64,000 bases of DNA from an uncultured Azospirillaceae bacterium (GCA_964410325.1 CAYPFN010000001.1:67845-131844), one strand, 5' to 3'; shown: positions 29,626 through 40,379, numbered from the stretch's first letter. Notes: generated by a model from the letters alone, not told the origin. Made by a program: numbers and translations.

Positions 29626-29811
29626 AATGATAATTAAAGATTTACTTTTGCCTGGGAGTAGCCGAAAAATATGTTATTGTTAATCTTATTTTACAAATTC
29701 AGATGTTTTTTTATTTTGATGGAATTTTTGCATGTTATGATATATACTCTTGAAAAAACAGATTTTCTATGCTAGGTTGCAAAAGTTGTTAACAAAGAGA
29801 ATTAAAATATT

Positions 29812-30654
29812 ATGAATGACGGCCAACGAAAATTAGGTATTATTGCCGGCGGGGGCTCTATCCCGCAGCTCTTAATCAAATATTGTCAGGAAAAAAAACG
29901 CCCTTACTTTGTATTGGCAATTGAGGGCAATGCCGACCGAGCGCTTTTTGACGCATCTATTCCCCATAAATGGATAAGAATCGGCCAGGCTGGAACGGGT
30001 TTTAAACGCTTTTGTGAAGAAAGTGTTGAAGACGTTATTATGATTGGCACAATCCGACGTCCGACGTTGGCTGATTTAATGCCGGATCTGCGCACGACGG
30101 CCTTCTTTGCCAAAATTGGTTTGAAAGCGTTGGGCGATGACGGGATTTTGCGTGCGCTGATTAAAGAAATTGAGGCTGAAAAAATGCAGGTTATCGGTAT
30201 TCACGAAGTGATGCCTCAGTTGTTGGTTCAGGAAGGATGTTTGACTAAAGCCAAACCAGATAAACAAGCTCTGGCTGATATTGCCCGCGGAACAGAAGTG
30301 GCACTTTGTCTTGGCGAACTTGATGTCGGACAGGCGGTTGTTGTGCAACAAGGGCTGGTTTTAGGCGTTGAGGGTATTGAAGGTACCGATGAACTTATCA
30401 AGCGTTGTAACGGATATCGACGTAAAGGCGATGGTGGTGTATTGGTTAAACTCCGCAAGCCTAATCAGGATATGCGCATTGATTTGCCGACAATCGGCGT
30501 AAAAACAATTGAAAACGCCTATAATAGCGGTTTGCGCGGGGTAGCCGTCCATGCCGGCAATGCGTTGATTGTGGATGAACAAGAAGTGATTAAACAGGCA
30601 AATAAACATAAAATGTTTGTGCTAGGGATTAATCCAGGGGAAATTATTCAATGA
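29812..30654 (+). CDS. lpxI: UDP-2,3-diacylglucosamine hydrolase LpxI (DUF1009)
   Basis: LGIIAGGGSIPQ N-terminus, 280 aa, immediately upstream of and overlapping lpxB, as in alphaproteobacteria. Confidence 0.8.
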   Translation: MNDGQRKLGIIAGGGSIPQLLIKYCQEKKRPYFVLAIEGNADRALFDASIPHKWIRIGQAGTGFKRFCEESVEDVIMIGTIRRPTLADLMPDLRTTAFFAKIGLKALGDDGILRALIKEIEAEKMQVIGIHEVMPQLLVQEGCLTKAKPDKQALADIARGTEVALCLGELDVGQAVVVQQGLVLGVEGIEGTDELIKRCNGYRRKGDGGVLVKLRKPNQDMRIDLPTIGVKTIENAYNSGLRGVAVHAGNALIVDEQEVIKQANKHKMFVLGINPGEIIQ

Positions 30655-31802
30655 AGATATATTTAATTGCTGGAGAACCTTCTGGCGATTTGTTGGGTTC
30701 AAGACTGATGAGAGCAATGGCTGATAAATGTCCAGATGTCCAGTTTTGTGGTATCGGCGGTGAAAGCATGGAAAACGAAGGTCTGAAATCTTTGTTTGAT
30801 ATTGCTGATTTGGCGGTTATGGGGTTGGCCGAAGTTATTCCGAGTATTCCGCTTATTTTAAAGCGGATTAGACAAACAGTGGATGATATTGAGAAGAAAA
30901 AACCAGATGTGGTCATTACAATCGACAGCTGGAGCTTTTCGGCACGTATCCATAAGGCTTTGAAGAAAAAGCATTTGGGGATTTCGCAGATGCATTATGT
31001 GGCGCCCCAGGTTTGGGCATGGAAGAAAAAACGCGCCAGAACCATGTATAAGTATATTGATCATTTGTTGACGCTGTTTCCATATGAACCGAAATATTTT
31101 ACGCCATATCGCCTTGACACTACTTTTGTCGGACATCCGGTCATAGAGAGTAGCGTTGTTTGGGGAAAAGGCGAGGATTTTCGCAGTCGTTATAATATTG
31201 AGGACCATTGCAAAATTATGGCTGTATTGCCTGGATCTCGTAAGACGGAAGTTTCTCGTTTACTGCCGGTGTTTTTGGAATTTGTGCGAGTGTTTAAGCA
31301 AAAGCATCCGGAATTTTGTTTTGTTATTCCTACTGTGCATACGGTTGAGGATCAGGTGCGTAAAATGGTAGAGGCAAGCAAACTGCCGATTATCGTTGTT
31401 AATAACGAAGGAGACAGACATGATGTTTTTGTCGCGTCAGATTTGGCGGTAGCCGCTTCTGGAACAGTGGCTTTAGAATTGGCTATGGTTGATGTGCCAC
31501 ATGTGATTGCTTATCGTGTATCACCGCTAACAGCTTGGTTTGCCAGGCACTTCTTGCATGTTCAATTCGTAAATCTGAGTAATATCCTTTTAGGACGGGA
31601 AATTGTTCCAGAATTACTCCAGGAAGACTGTAATATTGATAAACTTTTATATTATGCCGAGGAATTTTTAAAGAAAGGTTCGCTTTATGAACGACAAATA
31701 GAAGGGTTTGCAAAAGTTCGGAAAGTTTTAGGTTTAGGGGAACAGACGCCGAGCGCAAATGCCTGTGATGTAATCTTAAAAATTGTTGACAAAACTGGTT
31801 GA
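30651..31802 (+). CDS. lpxB: Lipid-A-disaccharide synthase
   Basis: MKIYLIAGEPSGDLLG N-terminus, 383 aa, GT19 blocks. Confidence 0.85.
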   Translation: MKIYLIAGEPSGDLLGSRLMRAMADKCPDVQFCGIGGESMENEGLKSLFDIADLAVMGLAEVIPSIPLILKRIRQTVDDIEKKKPDVVITIDSWSFSARIHKALKKKHLGISQMHYVAPQVWAWKKKRARTMYKYIDHLLTLFPYEPKYFTPYRLDTTFVGHPVIESSVVWGKGEDFRSRYNIEDHCKIMAVLPGSRKTEVSRLLPVFLEFVRVFKQKHPEFCFVIPTVHTVEDQVRKMVEASKLPIIVVNNEGDRHDVFVASDLAVAASGTVALELAMVDVPHVIAYRVSPLTAWFARHFLHVQFVNLSNILLGREIVPELLQEDCNIDKLLYYAEEFLKKGSLYERQIEGFAKVRKVLGLGEQTPSANACDVILKIVDKTG

Positions 31803-32166
31803 TAAATTCTCTTGGTTCTATTATTGTTTTTTCAGTTTTGTATTTTTAATTTTATGAAAAGAGTAATAGAGATAGCGGTGCAGATTGTTTTTTGCTATAG
31901 CGAATACCAAGGCGGGGTGTGTGATTGCGCTTCGTAATTTAAAGCCACTACTGTGGCATGTGAAAAACCTCATTTTAGTATATGAGGAAAGGTTTCCAGC
32001 AATGAAGTCTGCTGTCGAAAATTATTTTGCAACAGCAGGATAGGAAAGCAAGAAGAAAAGGAACCCACCGGCCAGGCCGATGGGTTTTCTCGTTATAAAA
32101 ACGCATCATATAAGATAGGGCTTTTTTTGTTTGTATTTGTCGGTATATGATGTTAAATAATTTTTT

Positions 32167-34185
32167 ATGAGATATTTTATTGAAAATATTCAAGAATATT
32201 TTTTTGCCGAACGTGATCGTTGGGTTGTGTGGTTGTCGGTTTTGTTTGGGTTGGGAAACGGTTTTTATTTTCTCTTGAAAACCGAGCCAGCACCTTGGTT
32301 AACGGTTGTGGCAGTAGAAATTTTATTATATTTGTTATATCGATGGCGTTATCGACCGGGATATATGCTGGCACTGATAATTTTGCTTATGAGCGTACTT
32401 GGTTTCAGCGATATACAGCTACAGGCGATTTATCAGGAAAAACAGCTGTATGCTCAGGATAATAATGAGGTTACTTATCTTAAAGGACGAATTATGAATG
32501 TCGGCAAAAATGCCGATGGTAAGGTGCGCCTTCTTTTGACTGATGCTGCTGATTTTGAAAACCAACGCAAAGGTTATTTTCGGGTGACACTTTCTTCTAA
32601 AAACAGTCCTTTAGAAGCCGGGCAATGCGTGGAAATGGTGGCAACTTTGATGCATCCTTCCATGTCGGTGCTTCCTGGAGGATATCAGTTTGACCGCAAA
32701 GCATTTTTTGAAAATATCAGCGCTGTGGGATATGCCAACAGCAATGTGTTTGTGATTGATTGCGACTATCTTCCGGGAATAAGGGATAAACTTTTTTATC
32801 TGGTCAATAAACTTCGCCAGAATGTCGTTGCACGTGTTAATGAGGTACTTCCCCCTGATGAAGCTGGGGTAACGGCGGCAATAATTGCTGGTGATCGTAA
32901 TGGGATTTCTAAGGAAATTACTCAAAATTATCGAGATTCTGGATTGGCGCATTTTCTTTCAATTTCTGGCTTGCATATGAGTATGGTGGCGGCTATGATG
33001 TTTTTCTTTGTGCGATTGTTGATTGCGTTGATGCCGTATTTGGTACTGCGTTATGATTCTAAGAAAATTGCCGCAGTGTTTGCTATTGCCGTGAGTTTTG
33101 TTTATTTACTGATTTCCGGCGCTGAAATTCCGAGTCAGCGGGCGTTTATTACGACTTTTGTGGTGTTAATCGGCGTTATATGTGGCCGTCAGGCTATTTC
33201 TATGCGCATGGTTAGTTTCGCGGCATTGGTGGTTTTGGTTATTTCCCCTTATGCTCTTATCAGTGCCAGTTTTCAGATGTCTTTTGCCGCGGTGGTTGTT
33301 TTAATAGCTTTTTATGAAAAGTATGCCGACGCTATTCATCGTTTTTTTGCCGGAAAAGGCTTTTTCCGAATTGTAACAGGGTATGTTGCCGGGATTTTGA
33401 TTTCGGATTTGGTAGCTAGTCTGGCAACGCTGCCGTTCTCAATATATCATTTTAACCACATTGCTGTTTATACGACATTGGGTAATTTACTTGCAGGGCC
33501 AGTTATTGGGCTGATTATAATGCCTTTTGTTTTGGCAGTGTTATTTTTGATGCCATTTGGGTTGGATTTTCTGCCCTTGAAAATTGTCGGATTTGGTATT
33601 AAGCTAGTTAATGAAATTACGGCTTATGTTGCTCATCTTCCCAGTGCTGGTTTTCAAGTTATGTCCATGCCGTTTTGGGGATTAATGTTTATGGTTGCCG
33701 GTGGTTTATGGCTCTGTATTTGGCAGCAAAAATGGCGGTGCTGGGGTGTGGTGCCGATTAGTGTTGGAATTTTAAGCATTTTTATGGTTCAAAAGCCGGA
33801 TATGTTATATAATGCCAGCGGCAAAATAATTGCCGTGCAGGATAATGCCGGTAATATGGTTATTATGCCCAGCCGGGGCAACCGCTGGATTAAAAATATC
33901 TGGCTTGAGAAGACCGTCAGTCTGCCGATTGATAAAGCGGAACAAAAAAATTTACAGAAAATCTATGCCGGTAAAAAAACGGATTTGAACTGGCTTGATT
34001 TGCAATGTAAGGAGAATATGTGTGTTTATAAAAATCTGGTAAGCTGGAATCGGGACGGCGAAATCCATATTAGCGGTCGTGTTCGTGATACATATGCCGA
34101 TGGTGGTGGTGCCGTGTATATTAACAACGGCAGAATATATGTCAGAAGTGTGCGGGATAGCGTTGGTAGCAGATTATGGAATTGA
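32167..34185 (+). CDS. comEC: ComEC/Rec2-family competence channel protein
   Basis: 672 aa polytopic membrane protein with the conserved ComEC competence core (GDRNGISKEITQNYRDSGLAHFLSISGLHM). Confidence 0.75.
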   Translation: MRYFIENIQEYFFAERDRWVVWLSVLFGLGNGFYFLLKTEPAPWLTVVAVEILLYLLYRWRYRPGYMLALIILLMSVLGFSDIQLQAIYQEKQLYAQDNNEVTYLKGRIMNVGKNADGKVRLLLTDAADFENQRKGYFRVTLSSKNSPLEAGQCVEMVATLMHPSMSVLPGGYQFDRKAFFENISAVGYANSNVFVIDCDYLPGIRDKLFYLVNKLRQNVVARVNEVLPPDEAGVTAAIIAGDRNGISKEITQNYRDSGLAHFLSISGLHMSMVAAMMFFFVRLLIALMPYLVLRYDSKKIAAVFAIAVSFVYLLISGAEIPSQRAFITTFVVLIGVICGRQAISMRMVSFAALVVLVISPYALISASFQMSFAAVVVLIAFYEKYADAIHRFFAGKGFFRIVTGYVAGILISDLVASLATLPFSIYHFNHIAVYTTLGNLLAGPVIGLIIMPFVLAVLFLMPFGLDFLPLKIVGFGIKLVNEITAYVAHLPSAGFQVMSMPFWGLMFMVAGGLWLCIWQQKWRCWGVVPISVGILSIFMVQKPDMLYNASGKIIAVQDNAGNMVIMPSRGNRWIKNIWLEKTVSLPIDKAEQKNLQKIYAGKKTDLNWLDLQCKENMCVYKNLVSWNRDGEIHISGRVRDTYADGGGAVYINNGRIYVRSVRDSVGSRLWN

Positions 34186-34214
34186 ATCTAGAAATATGTA
34201 TAATTTGATACTTT

Positions 34215-34250
34215 AAATAAAAAAAACGCTCCGTTTTTTCACGGAGCTTA
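34215..34250 (-). terminator. Intrinsic terminator for the small minus-strand ORF
   Basis: GCTCCG-TTTTTTCA-CGGAGC hairpin with a T-run on the minus strand. Confidence 0.55.
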
Positions 34251-34277
34251 AAAAGTATAAAGTATAAAGAAGTTTGC

Positions 34278-34460
34278 TTAGGCGCGTTCATCTCTTGTTT
34301 TGTTTTCATGCTTGGCCGGAGCGTTCATGTTGCTTTCTTCTTTGTAATTTTCTTCAGCTTTTATAGCAATAACTTTTTCCTGCATATAACGAATATTTGT
34401 TAAAAATGCTTTGTTCCTTGCTGCTCTGGCTTTATTTACAGATACATCGACCATGACCAT
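34278..34460 (-). CDS. Small basic hypothetical protein (about 58-60 aa)
   Basis: Short ORF with its own downstream terminator; no motif. Confidence 0.3.
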   Translation of the reverse strand: MVMVDVSVNKARAARNKAFLTNIRYMQEKVIAIKAEENYKEESNMNAPAKHENKTRDERA

Positions 34461-34547
34461 CCTCCTTAAGCCAATTTATATTACTAATTTTAATGTATCA
34501 TAAAACGGCATATAAGTCAAGAAATTGTGATAAGAATTAACTCTAAT

Positions 34548-36983
34548 CTATTTACCGATACATCCATGCGTTTCCTGAGCGAAATGAACATAGCAGCGAT
34601 AATATTCTTCCAAATTTTTTGCTACCAGATAGTTGACGGTTCCTTTCGGGTAATTGCCGTTTTTATCAGGTTTTCCAGCTTTGACGCCGGTTAGAATCTC
34701 AATTCCGTCATCAACTGTATCAACGGCATAAACATGAAACATTCCATTTTCAACGGCTTCGACAATTTCTTCTTTCAGCATCAAATTATTTACATTTGTA
34801 CGAGGAATTATAACGCCCTGTTTGCCGGTTAAACCGTTATATTTACATACTTCAAAGAATCCCTCAATTTTTTCATTAACACCGCCAATAGGTTGAATTT
34901 CGCCAAATTGATTAATCGAACCAGTAACGGCAATGCTTTGTTTTATCGGTAGTTCGGCAATGGCTGACAGCAGACCGTAATATTCGGTTGAAGATGCGCT
35001 GTCGCCATCTACTCCTCCGTAAGATTGTTCAAAAACTATGGACGCAGACAGTGATAAGGGTTTTTTCTTGGCAAAGCGATTGGAAAGCAGAGCCTGTAAA
35101 ATCAAAACGCCTTTGGTGTGTATTGGGCCGCTCATCTCAATTTCGCGCTCAATGTCTACAAATTCACCATTTCCCATTCGCACTTGCGCGGTGATGCGTG
35201 CGGGTTTTCCAAAAGAATTACGGGAAAAATTGTAAACGACCAAACCGTTAATCTGTCCAACTCTTTCACCTTTAACATCCATTAAAATAGTGCCTTTATC
35301 AATTTGTTCAAGCATGGCTTTATTGATGCGGTCACAGCGGTAAATCTGCTCATCAATTGCTTGTATGATGTGGTTTTTACCGATTTGTTTGGAATTAGAT
35401 TTACGCGCCCAATAATCGGCCTCGCGCAGCAAATCACCGATAGAGGCGATGTGCGCGGTTAGTTTTTCCGAATCGTCGGCTAAACGCGAAGCGTGTTCAA
35501 TGACTTTGGCAACGGCCTGCTTATTGAGTGAACGCAGATTTTTTTTCTTGGAAAGCGAACCGATTAATTTAGCATATTCTATTTCATTTTCTGGCGTGCG
35601 ATCCATAACTGTACCGAAATCCGCCTCGACTTTGAAGTAATCTGAAAAATCAGGGTCGCGTTGCGATAATAATTCATAAAGCTCTTCATCACCGGTTAAA
35701 ATGACCTTAATATCCAACGGAATAGGCTGCGGATCAAGTGAAATGGTTGTAAAGCTGGTTTCATCTCCGGGCGATTCAATTTTAATAGATTTTGCTGCGA
35801 GAGCCCGTTTTAACGAATCCCAGGCATAAGGCTGTAGCAAGAGCTTGCGGGCATCAATTAACAGAAAACCTCCATTAGCCTGGTGCAAAGCGCCAGATTT
35901 AATCAAAGTAAAATCGGTTAATAAGGCACCGTATTGTTGAACGCGTTCGACTTTACCGACTAAATTGCCCTGTGTCGGATGGTCTAACAAAATAATCGGC
36001 GCACCGGCATTCGGCGTATTTTTAACAATGACGTTTACCTTGAATTTAGCAAATTTGTCTTCTTCATTTTTGTTCATCCGGCTCAACAGCAGACTTAAGG
36101 GATCTTCTTCTGTTCCGGCGGCTGGTGATTCGGCATTAGGCATAAAATCATTGATATTGTCTAAAATATTTTTTTGAATAGATTTTAGAAAATCTGCGGC
36201 AGGTTTGTATTGCTTATATTTTTTACGCAGTTCGTCTATCGGAATACTAATAAGGTTTTTTGCCAATTTTTCCCGTAGACGGTCAATCTCCTCGCGTTGA
36301 CGTTCCTCCCATTGTGGCAAATCATGTGCCGTATTTTCAATTTCGGCCTGCATGGCATTTAAATCATTGGTGACTTTTTTCTTTTCCTCATCAGAGAGCT
36401 GTTCAAAAGCTTCTGGGCTTAGAACTTCTCCGTCTTTTACCGGTGCAACGACCAGACCAACCGGCATGTGCAGCAGGGAAACGCTTTTCCCTTTGGCTTT
36501 TTTCTGTAAAATTTTGATATAATCATCTTTTTTGCTTTTGTATTTTTGGCGTATGATTTCTATTGCTGCTTTGTATTCTTCGCTGTCTGTCAAGGTTGGG
36601 AGAGAGGTGCTCAATTCCTCAATCAGTTTATCAACGTCTTTGGCAAATTCGGAAGCTTCGCCGGCGGTAAAATTAATTGCAATCGGCTTATAAGGTTCGT
36701 CAAAATTATAAACGTAAGCCCAGTCATCCGGAGTAGGTCGTTGTCCAGCCTCTTTTTCCAGAATTCTTTTGACCAGGCTCATTTTGCCAGTTCCTTCTGG
36801 ACCGAAACAAAACAAGTTATAACCTTTAGATTTTATATTAATCCCGAGTTCAACTGCGCTGATGGCGCGATCTTGGCCAAGAGCGGAGAGACGCTCTTCC
36901 AAATCGGCGGTAGAGTTAAAATCAAATTTTGAAGTATCGCATTTTTTATAAAGTTGCCGTGGGCTTAATTTTGTGATAGCCAT
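34548..36983 (-). CDS. Lon-like ATP-dependent protease (AAA_32 plus Lon_C architecture)
   Basis: Walker A FGPEGTGKMSLV; C-terminal Lon proteolytic domain (GPIHTKGVLIL...SASIVFEQSYGGVDGDSAS...AVTGSINQFGEIQPIGGVNEKIEGFF). ATG at 36981-36983 with an AAAGGA sequence; the ORF-table start at 37004 is a TTG. Confidence 0.7.
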   Translation of the reverse strand: MAITKLSPRQLYKKCDTSKFDFNSTADLEERLSALGQDRAISAVELGINIKSKGYNLFCFGPEGTGKMSLVKRILEKEAGQRPTPDDWAYVYNFDEPYKPIAINFTAGEASEFAKDVDKLIEELSTSLPTLTDSEEYKAAIEIIRQKYKSKKDDYIKILQKKAKGKSVSLLHMPVGLVVAPVKDGEVLSPEAFEQLSDEEKKKVTNDLNAMQAEIENTAHDLPQWEERQREEIDRLREKLAKNLISIPIDELRKKYKQYKPAADFLKSIQKNILDNINDFMPNAESPAAGTEEDPLSLLLSRMNKNEEDKFAKFKVNVIVKNTPNAGAPIILLDHPTQGNLVGKVERVQQYGALLTDFTLIKSGALHQANGGFLLIDARKLLLQPYAWDSLKRALAAKSIKIESPGDETSFTTISLDPQPIPLDIKVILTGDEELYELLSQRDPDFSDYFKVEADFGTVMDRTPENEIEYAKLIGSLSKKKNLRSLNKQAVAKVIEHASRLADDSEKLTAHIASIGDLLREADYWARKSNSKQIGKNHIIQAIDEQIYRCDRINKAMLEQIDKGTILMDVKGERVGQINGLVVYNFSRNSFGKPARITAQVRMGNGEFVDIEREIEMSGPIHTKGVLILQALLSNRFAKKKPLSLSASIVFEQSYGGVDGDSASSTEYYGLLSAIAELPIKQSIAVTGSINQFGEIQPIGGVNEKIEGFFEVCKYNGLTGKQGVIIPRTNVNNLMLKEEIVEAVENGMFHVYAVDTVDDGIEILTGVKAGKPDKNGNYPKGTVNYLVAKNLEEYYRCYVHFAQETHGCIGK

Positions 36984-37061
36984 TTTAAAAAAATCCTTTT
37001 GCAATTATTTTTTATTGCTATAATTATAGCGATTAAAAAACTAATTTAGTATGAATATTTT

Positions 37062-38546
37062 ATGAAATATTGCATTTTTATTTTGAGTGGGCTGCTTATA
37101 ATCGTTGCCGTTTTATCGGTGCTGTTTGCCCGTCGGCTTTTGTTGAAAAGGTTGTATCGGGATGTTTTCGTCCGTAAAATCGGTGAGTTTGGCGATAAAT
37201 ATATCAATATGCCGTTTTTTCCGGCTTATATGGTTTTGGAGGCGGCCGGCATGGTTGTCTGCTTGCAAAACAAACATCGCCGCTGGCTGTTTAAAGCCGT
37301 GTATGCTGGAAAATTTAACAGATTGATAGAATTTATTGCCCAAAATAATTCGGCTTTGGTGGAGGCATTTAAAATATATTTTTATCCCGAAAGCAGACAT
37401 CAGTCCATTCGCCGCGTATTGCGAACAGGTACGAAAAATATTCGGCTTTTGCTTATATCGGGTTTGTTTCTGGCGATAGATAATGATTTTAAAAATCTAC
37501 GGAAGATTATAGATAAATTAGATGCTCTGAAGTTAAGCAAGCCAGAAAAAGCTTTGTTTTTGTATTTAACGGCGAAACTTGCTATGTATAGTGGCGATAT
37601 GTTTAAGGCTTCGCATGATGCTGCTTGTGCCGCTGGGCTTTTTAAAAAACAGAGGGCTGTGCGGGAAGAAGCTGCGGCATATATGCTTTTGGGTGAAATT
37701 TATCGATTTTGCGCAGTATATGATGTTGCTCAGATAATGTATGAATCGGCTGCTGAAATTTATCAGGCGGCTTCTTCAATTGTCGGCAAGGCAGAGGTTT
37801 TAGCGGCAAAAGGGATGTTGCTGGCCGGACAGGAGCGTTTTGCTGAAGCTGTAACTTTATTTCAACAAAGCCGGAAGATTTTTAAAAAACTTAATTTGGC
37901 TGTCCGGGAAGGAGAAATTATTAATCAACTGGCTTTATTAAACTTAATGCGCGGGCAATTTTCCGCGTCCGTAAAATATGCTCGGAAAGCGTTTGAGAAG
38001 CATGAAGTGGTCGGAAATGCACAAGGACAGGCTTATAGCGATGAATTGACGGCAATTTCTTTTCTGCAACAGGAAAGCTTTTCTCAGGCGATAAATTATG
38101 CTTCGGCCGCACAGGAAAGATACCAGCAGGTTAAGAATTATGCAGCTTATTTTGATGCGGCTTTTATTGAGGCTGAGGCTCTGTTTAAATTGCAAAAGCA
38201 CGCAGAATCGGCGGAAATGTGCCGAAAAATAATTAAAACAGCCCGTCGGCATAAAACCGGATTTCATATAGCAAATGTGTATGCTTTATTAGGGCTTATT
38301 TATATTTACCGGAAAAACTTCAAACGCGCCAAAGGCTTATTTATACGTTCTCTTGCTCAAGAACATGCCAATGAAAGATATTCCGGAACAGCTTCTGATT
38401 GTGTCAATTTGGCACAGATTGAGATGCGTTTAGGCAATAACCAGATGGCAAAACAATATTTATCCATGGCTTTAACCGAGGCGCAAAGATATGAAGACCA
38501 AGATTTATGTACTTTAATTAAGGGACAATTTGAAAAATTAGCCTGA
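37062..38546 (+). CDS. Membrane-anchored TPR-repeat protein, unknown function
   Basis: N-terminal TM helix (IFILSGLLIIVAVLSVLFA), then TPR-like helical repeats across the remaining 450 aa. Confidence 0.5.
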   Translation: MKYCIFILSGLLIIVAVLSVLFARRLLLKRLYRDVFVRKIGEFGDKYINMPFFPAYMVLEAAGMVVCLQNKHRRWLFKAVYAGKFNRLIEFIAQNNSALVEAFKIYFYPESRHQSIRRVLRTGTKNIRLLLISGLFLAIDNDFKNLRKIIDKLDALKLSKPEKALFLYLTAKLAMYSGDMFKASHDAACAAGLFKKQRAVREEAAAYMLLGEIYRFCAVYDVAQIMYESAAEIYQAASSIVGKAEVLAAKGMLLAGQERFAEAVTLFQQSRKIFKKLNLAVREGEIINQLALLNLMRGQFSASVKYARKAFEKHEVVGNAQGQAYSDELTAISFLQQESFSQAINYASAAQERYQQVKNYAAYFDAAFIEAEALFKLQKHAESAEMCRKIIKTARRHKTGFHIANVYALLGLIYIYRKNFKRAKGLFIRSLAQEHANERYSGTASDCVNLAQIEMRLGNNQMAKQYLSMALTEAQRYEDQDLCTLIKGQFEKLA

Positions 38547-38634
38547 TTACTTATAATAAGTAATATATTTTAAACTATTTAAAATATAAAATGGCAAAAG
38601 TTATTCAAAAAATAACAGGAAGGACTAACACAAT

Positions 38635-40056
38635 ATGTTGCAAAACATTGTATTGTTTTTGTTGACTAACCAGTTTAGCATTGCTATTTCTCAGAATTTA
38701 AGCGGAGTGGCGGGGTTCTTCCAACGTCATTTTGCTGGAACAGATAACTTAAGGATCGTTTCCATTATTTTATTGCTTTTAGCATTTATTTTGTTTTTGT
38801 TTTTGGTTGTTATCTTATATATCAAGTCGTTGTTGTCCTTTATTAAAAATGATGCGTTGCCTTCGGTATCCGGCGGTCGGGCTAATACCAGTAAAATATC
38901 TAAAGATCTTGAAAATGAAAAAGAAAGGGAACTTGGATTGGAACAAGAACTGGAAAAATCCTGGCAGCGGAAACAAACTGAACAACAGCGCCGACAAGCC
39001 CAGATGGAGACAGAGCGCAAGCGTCTAGCAAATGCGGAAAAAGAGTTGGCGGCAAAATATAAGAAAGCATATGTGGCGACCGAACAAAAAAATAAAGAAA
39101 AACAGTTGGATTTTAATAATACAATACCTTTCCCGGCATCAACCCGGGGCAGAGCTTCCTCTATGGAGTTTGATTGGAAAAAAGGCCGACGCGGCGAACT
39201 TGATGAAATTGCCGCTGGAATTGAGCCATTTAAATATGTACCTGACAAAAAACCTTTAGATGCTCTGACCGGGTTAATTATCAATATGCTGGGCAGAGAT
39301 ATTGATGATGGAAAAATTGCCCAGACGATTAAAACCAAAAGCGGTGACCTGTCCAGTGAAGACGATATTATCCAACTGATAGGCGCTATTAAAAATTTTA
39401 TTTCTCTGAATAACAACGGTAAATTTGCCAATCTTCCAGAAGCTGATGAACTACCATCGGCGGATGAAGCCTTATATAGTCTGACACAGGGCGAACCTGG
39501 ATATTGTTTGACGATGTTGGAATCTTTGATTGATAATAATATTGATCGCGGCCATCAGCAAAAAAATACGCAAAAAAAAGATATTACGTTTTTAGAAACA
39601 TCAAATTATGCCTGTACTTTCGGAACTTTGGCAAGTTTACAGGATTTGCAGCTAGCAACTGGTGCTTTTGAATTGGCGATCGAACTGTCTCCGAAAAATA
39701 TTAACGCTTGGAGTCGCGTTGGTGATATGTATGCTAGAGCCGAATCGGACAATAAGGCAATTTGGGCATATAACAATGTTATGAATATGGGTGATGAGAA
39801 TCTTTATCCGCATCAGATGGCTAATGCCTATAAACATCTCTCACAATATTACTATGATCAAGGGGATGTTAAACAAGCGGCGAATCTTTATAATAGCAGT
39901 AATGACTATTATGCGACCATTGGCATTAATCAGGATTTGACAGTGCGGGAGCAGGAAATCATTAATATCATTGAATCTAACCAGGATGCCGATATGCCCA
40001 ACACAATTAACAAATTGCTTAATTTAGCCGTGCGCCGGCAGCGCGGGTATGAGTAA
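38635..40056 (+). CDS. Membrane-anchored coiled-coil/TPR-like protein, unknown function
   Basis: TM helix (IVSIILLLLAFILFLFLVVILYI), charged coiled coil (KERELGLEQELEKSWQRKQTEQQRRQAQMETERKRL), C-terminal TPR-like repeats. Confidence 0.5.
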   Translation: MLQNIVLFLLTNQFSIAISQNLSGVAGFFQRHFAGTDNLRIVSIILLLLAFILFLFLVVILYIKSLLSFIKNDALPSVSGGRANTSKISKDLENEKERELGLEQELEKSWQRKQTEQQRRQAQMETERKRLANAEKELAAKYKKAYVATEQKNKEKQLDFNNTIPFPASTRGRASSMEFDWKKGRRGELDEIAAGIEPFKYVPDKKPLDALTGLIINMLGRDIDDGKIAQTIKTKSGDLSSEDDIIQLIGAIKNFISLNNNGKFANLPEADELPSADEALYSLTQGEPGYCLTMLESLIDNNIDRGHQQKNTQKKDITFLETSNYACTFGTLASLQDLQLATGAFELAIELSPKNINAWSRVGDMYARAESDNKAIWAYNNVMNMGDENLYPHQMANAYKHLSQYYYDQGDVKQAANLYNSSNDYYATIGINQDLTVREQEIINIIESNQDADMPNTINKLLNLAVRRQRGYE

Positions 40057-40379
40057 TAGGCTATGGTTGTTTGCTTACTAGAAAAGATTTGTTTTTCGAG
40101 GATGTTTTTTTATACTTTGTAAAATTTATGACAGTCTGTCGTCTAATAGCATTTAATTTAATCATAAAACAATATGAAGAAATTTATTTGGCGGTTTTAG
40201 TCGGTAAAGCATTTTTGAAAAGTCTGGAAAAGTTTCTGGATTTTTTTGTTTTTGACAGAATTTTAGCAGACGTTGAATGCTAAGATGTCATCTGCTATTG
40301 TCTATGCCTTTTAATCATAATCAAACCATTAGGCTTTTATCCGTAGCCTCTGGTTTATCAGAGAATATTTATTCTTTAA

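Noticed and set aside
38727-39431. 234-aa minus-strand ORF
   Set aside because: Antisense to the E/K-rich coiled-coil segment of the 38635-40056 gene. It is Ser-rich low-complexity with no start context, a typical shadow ORF.
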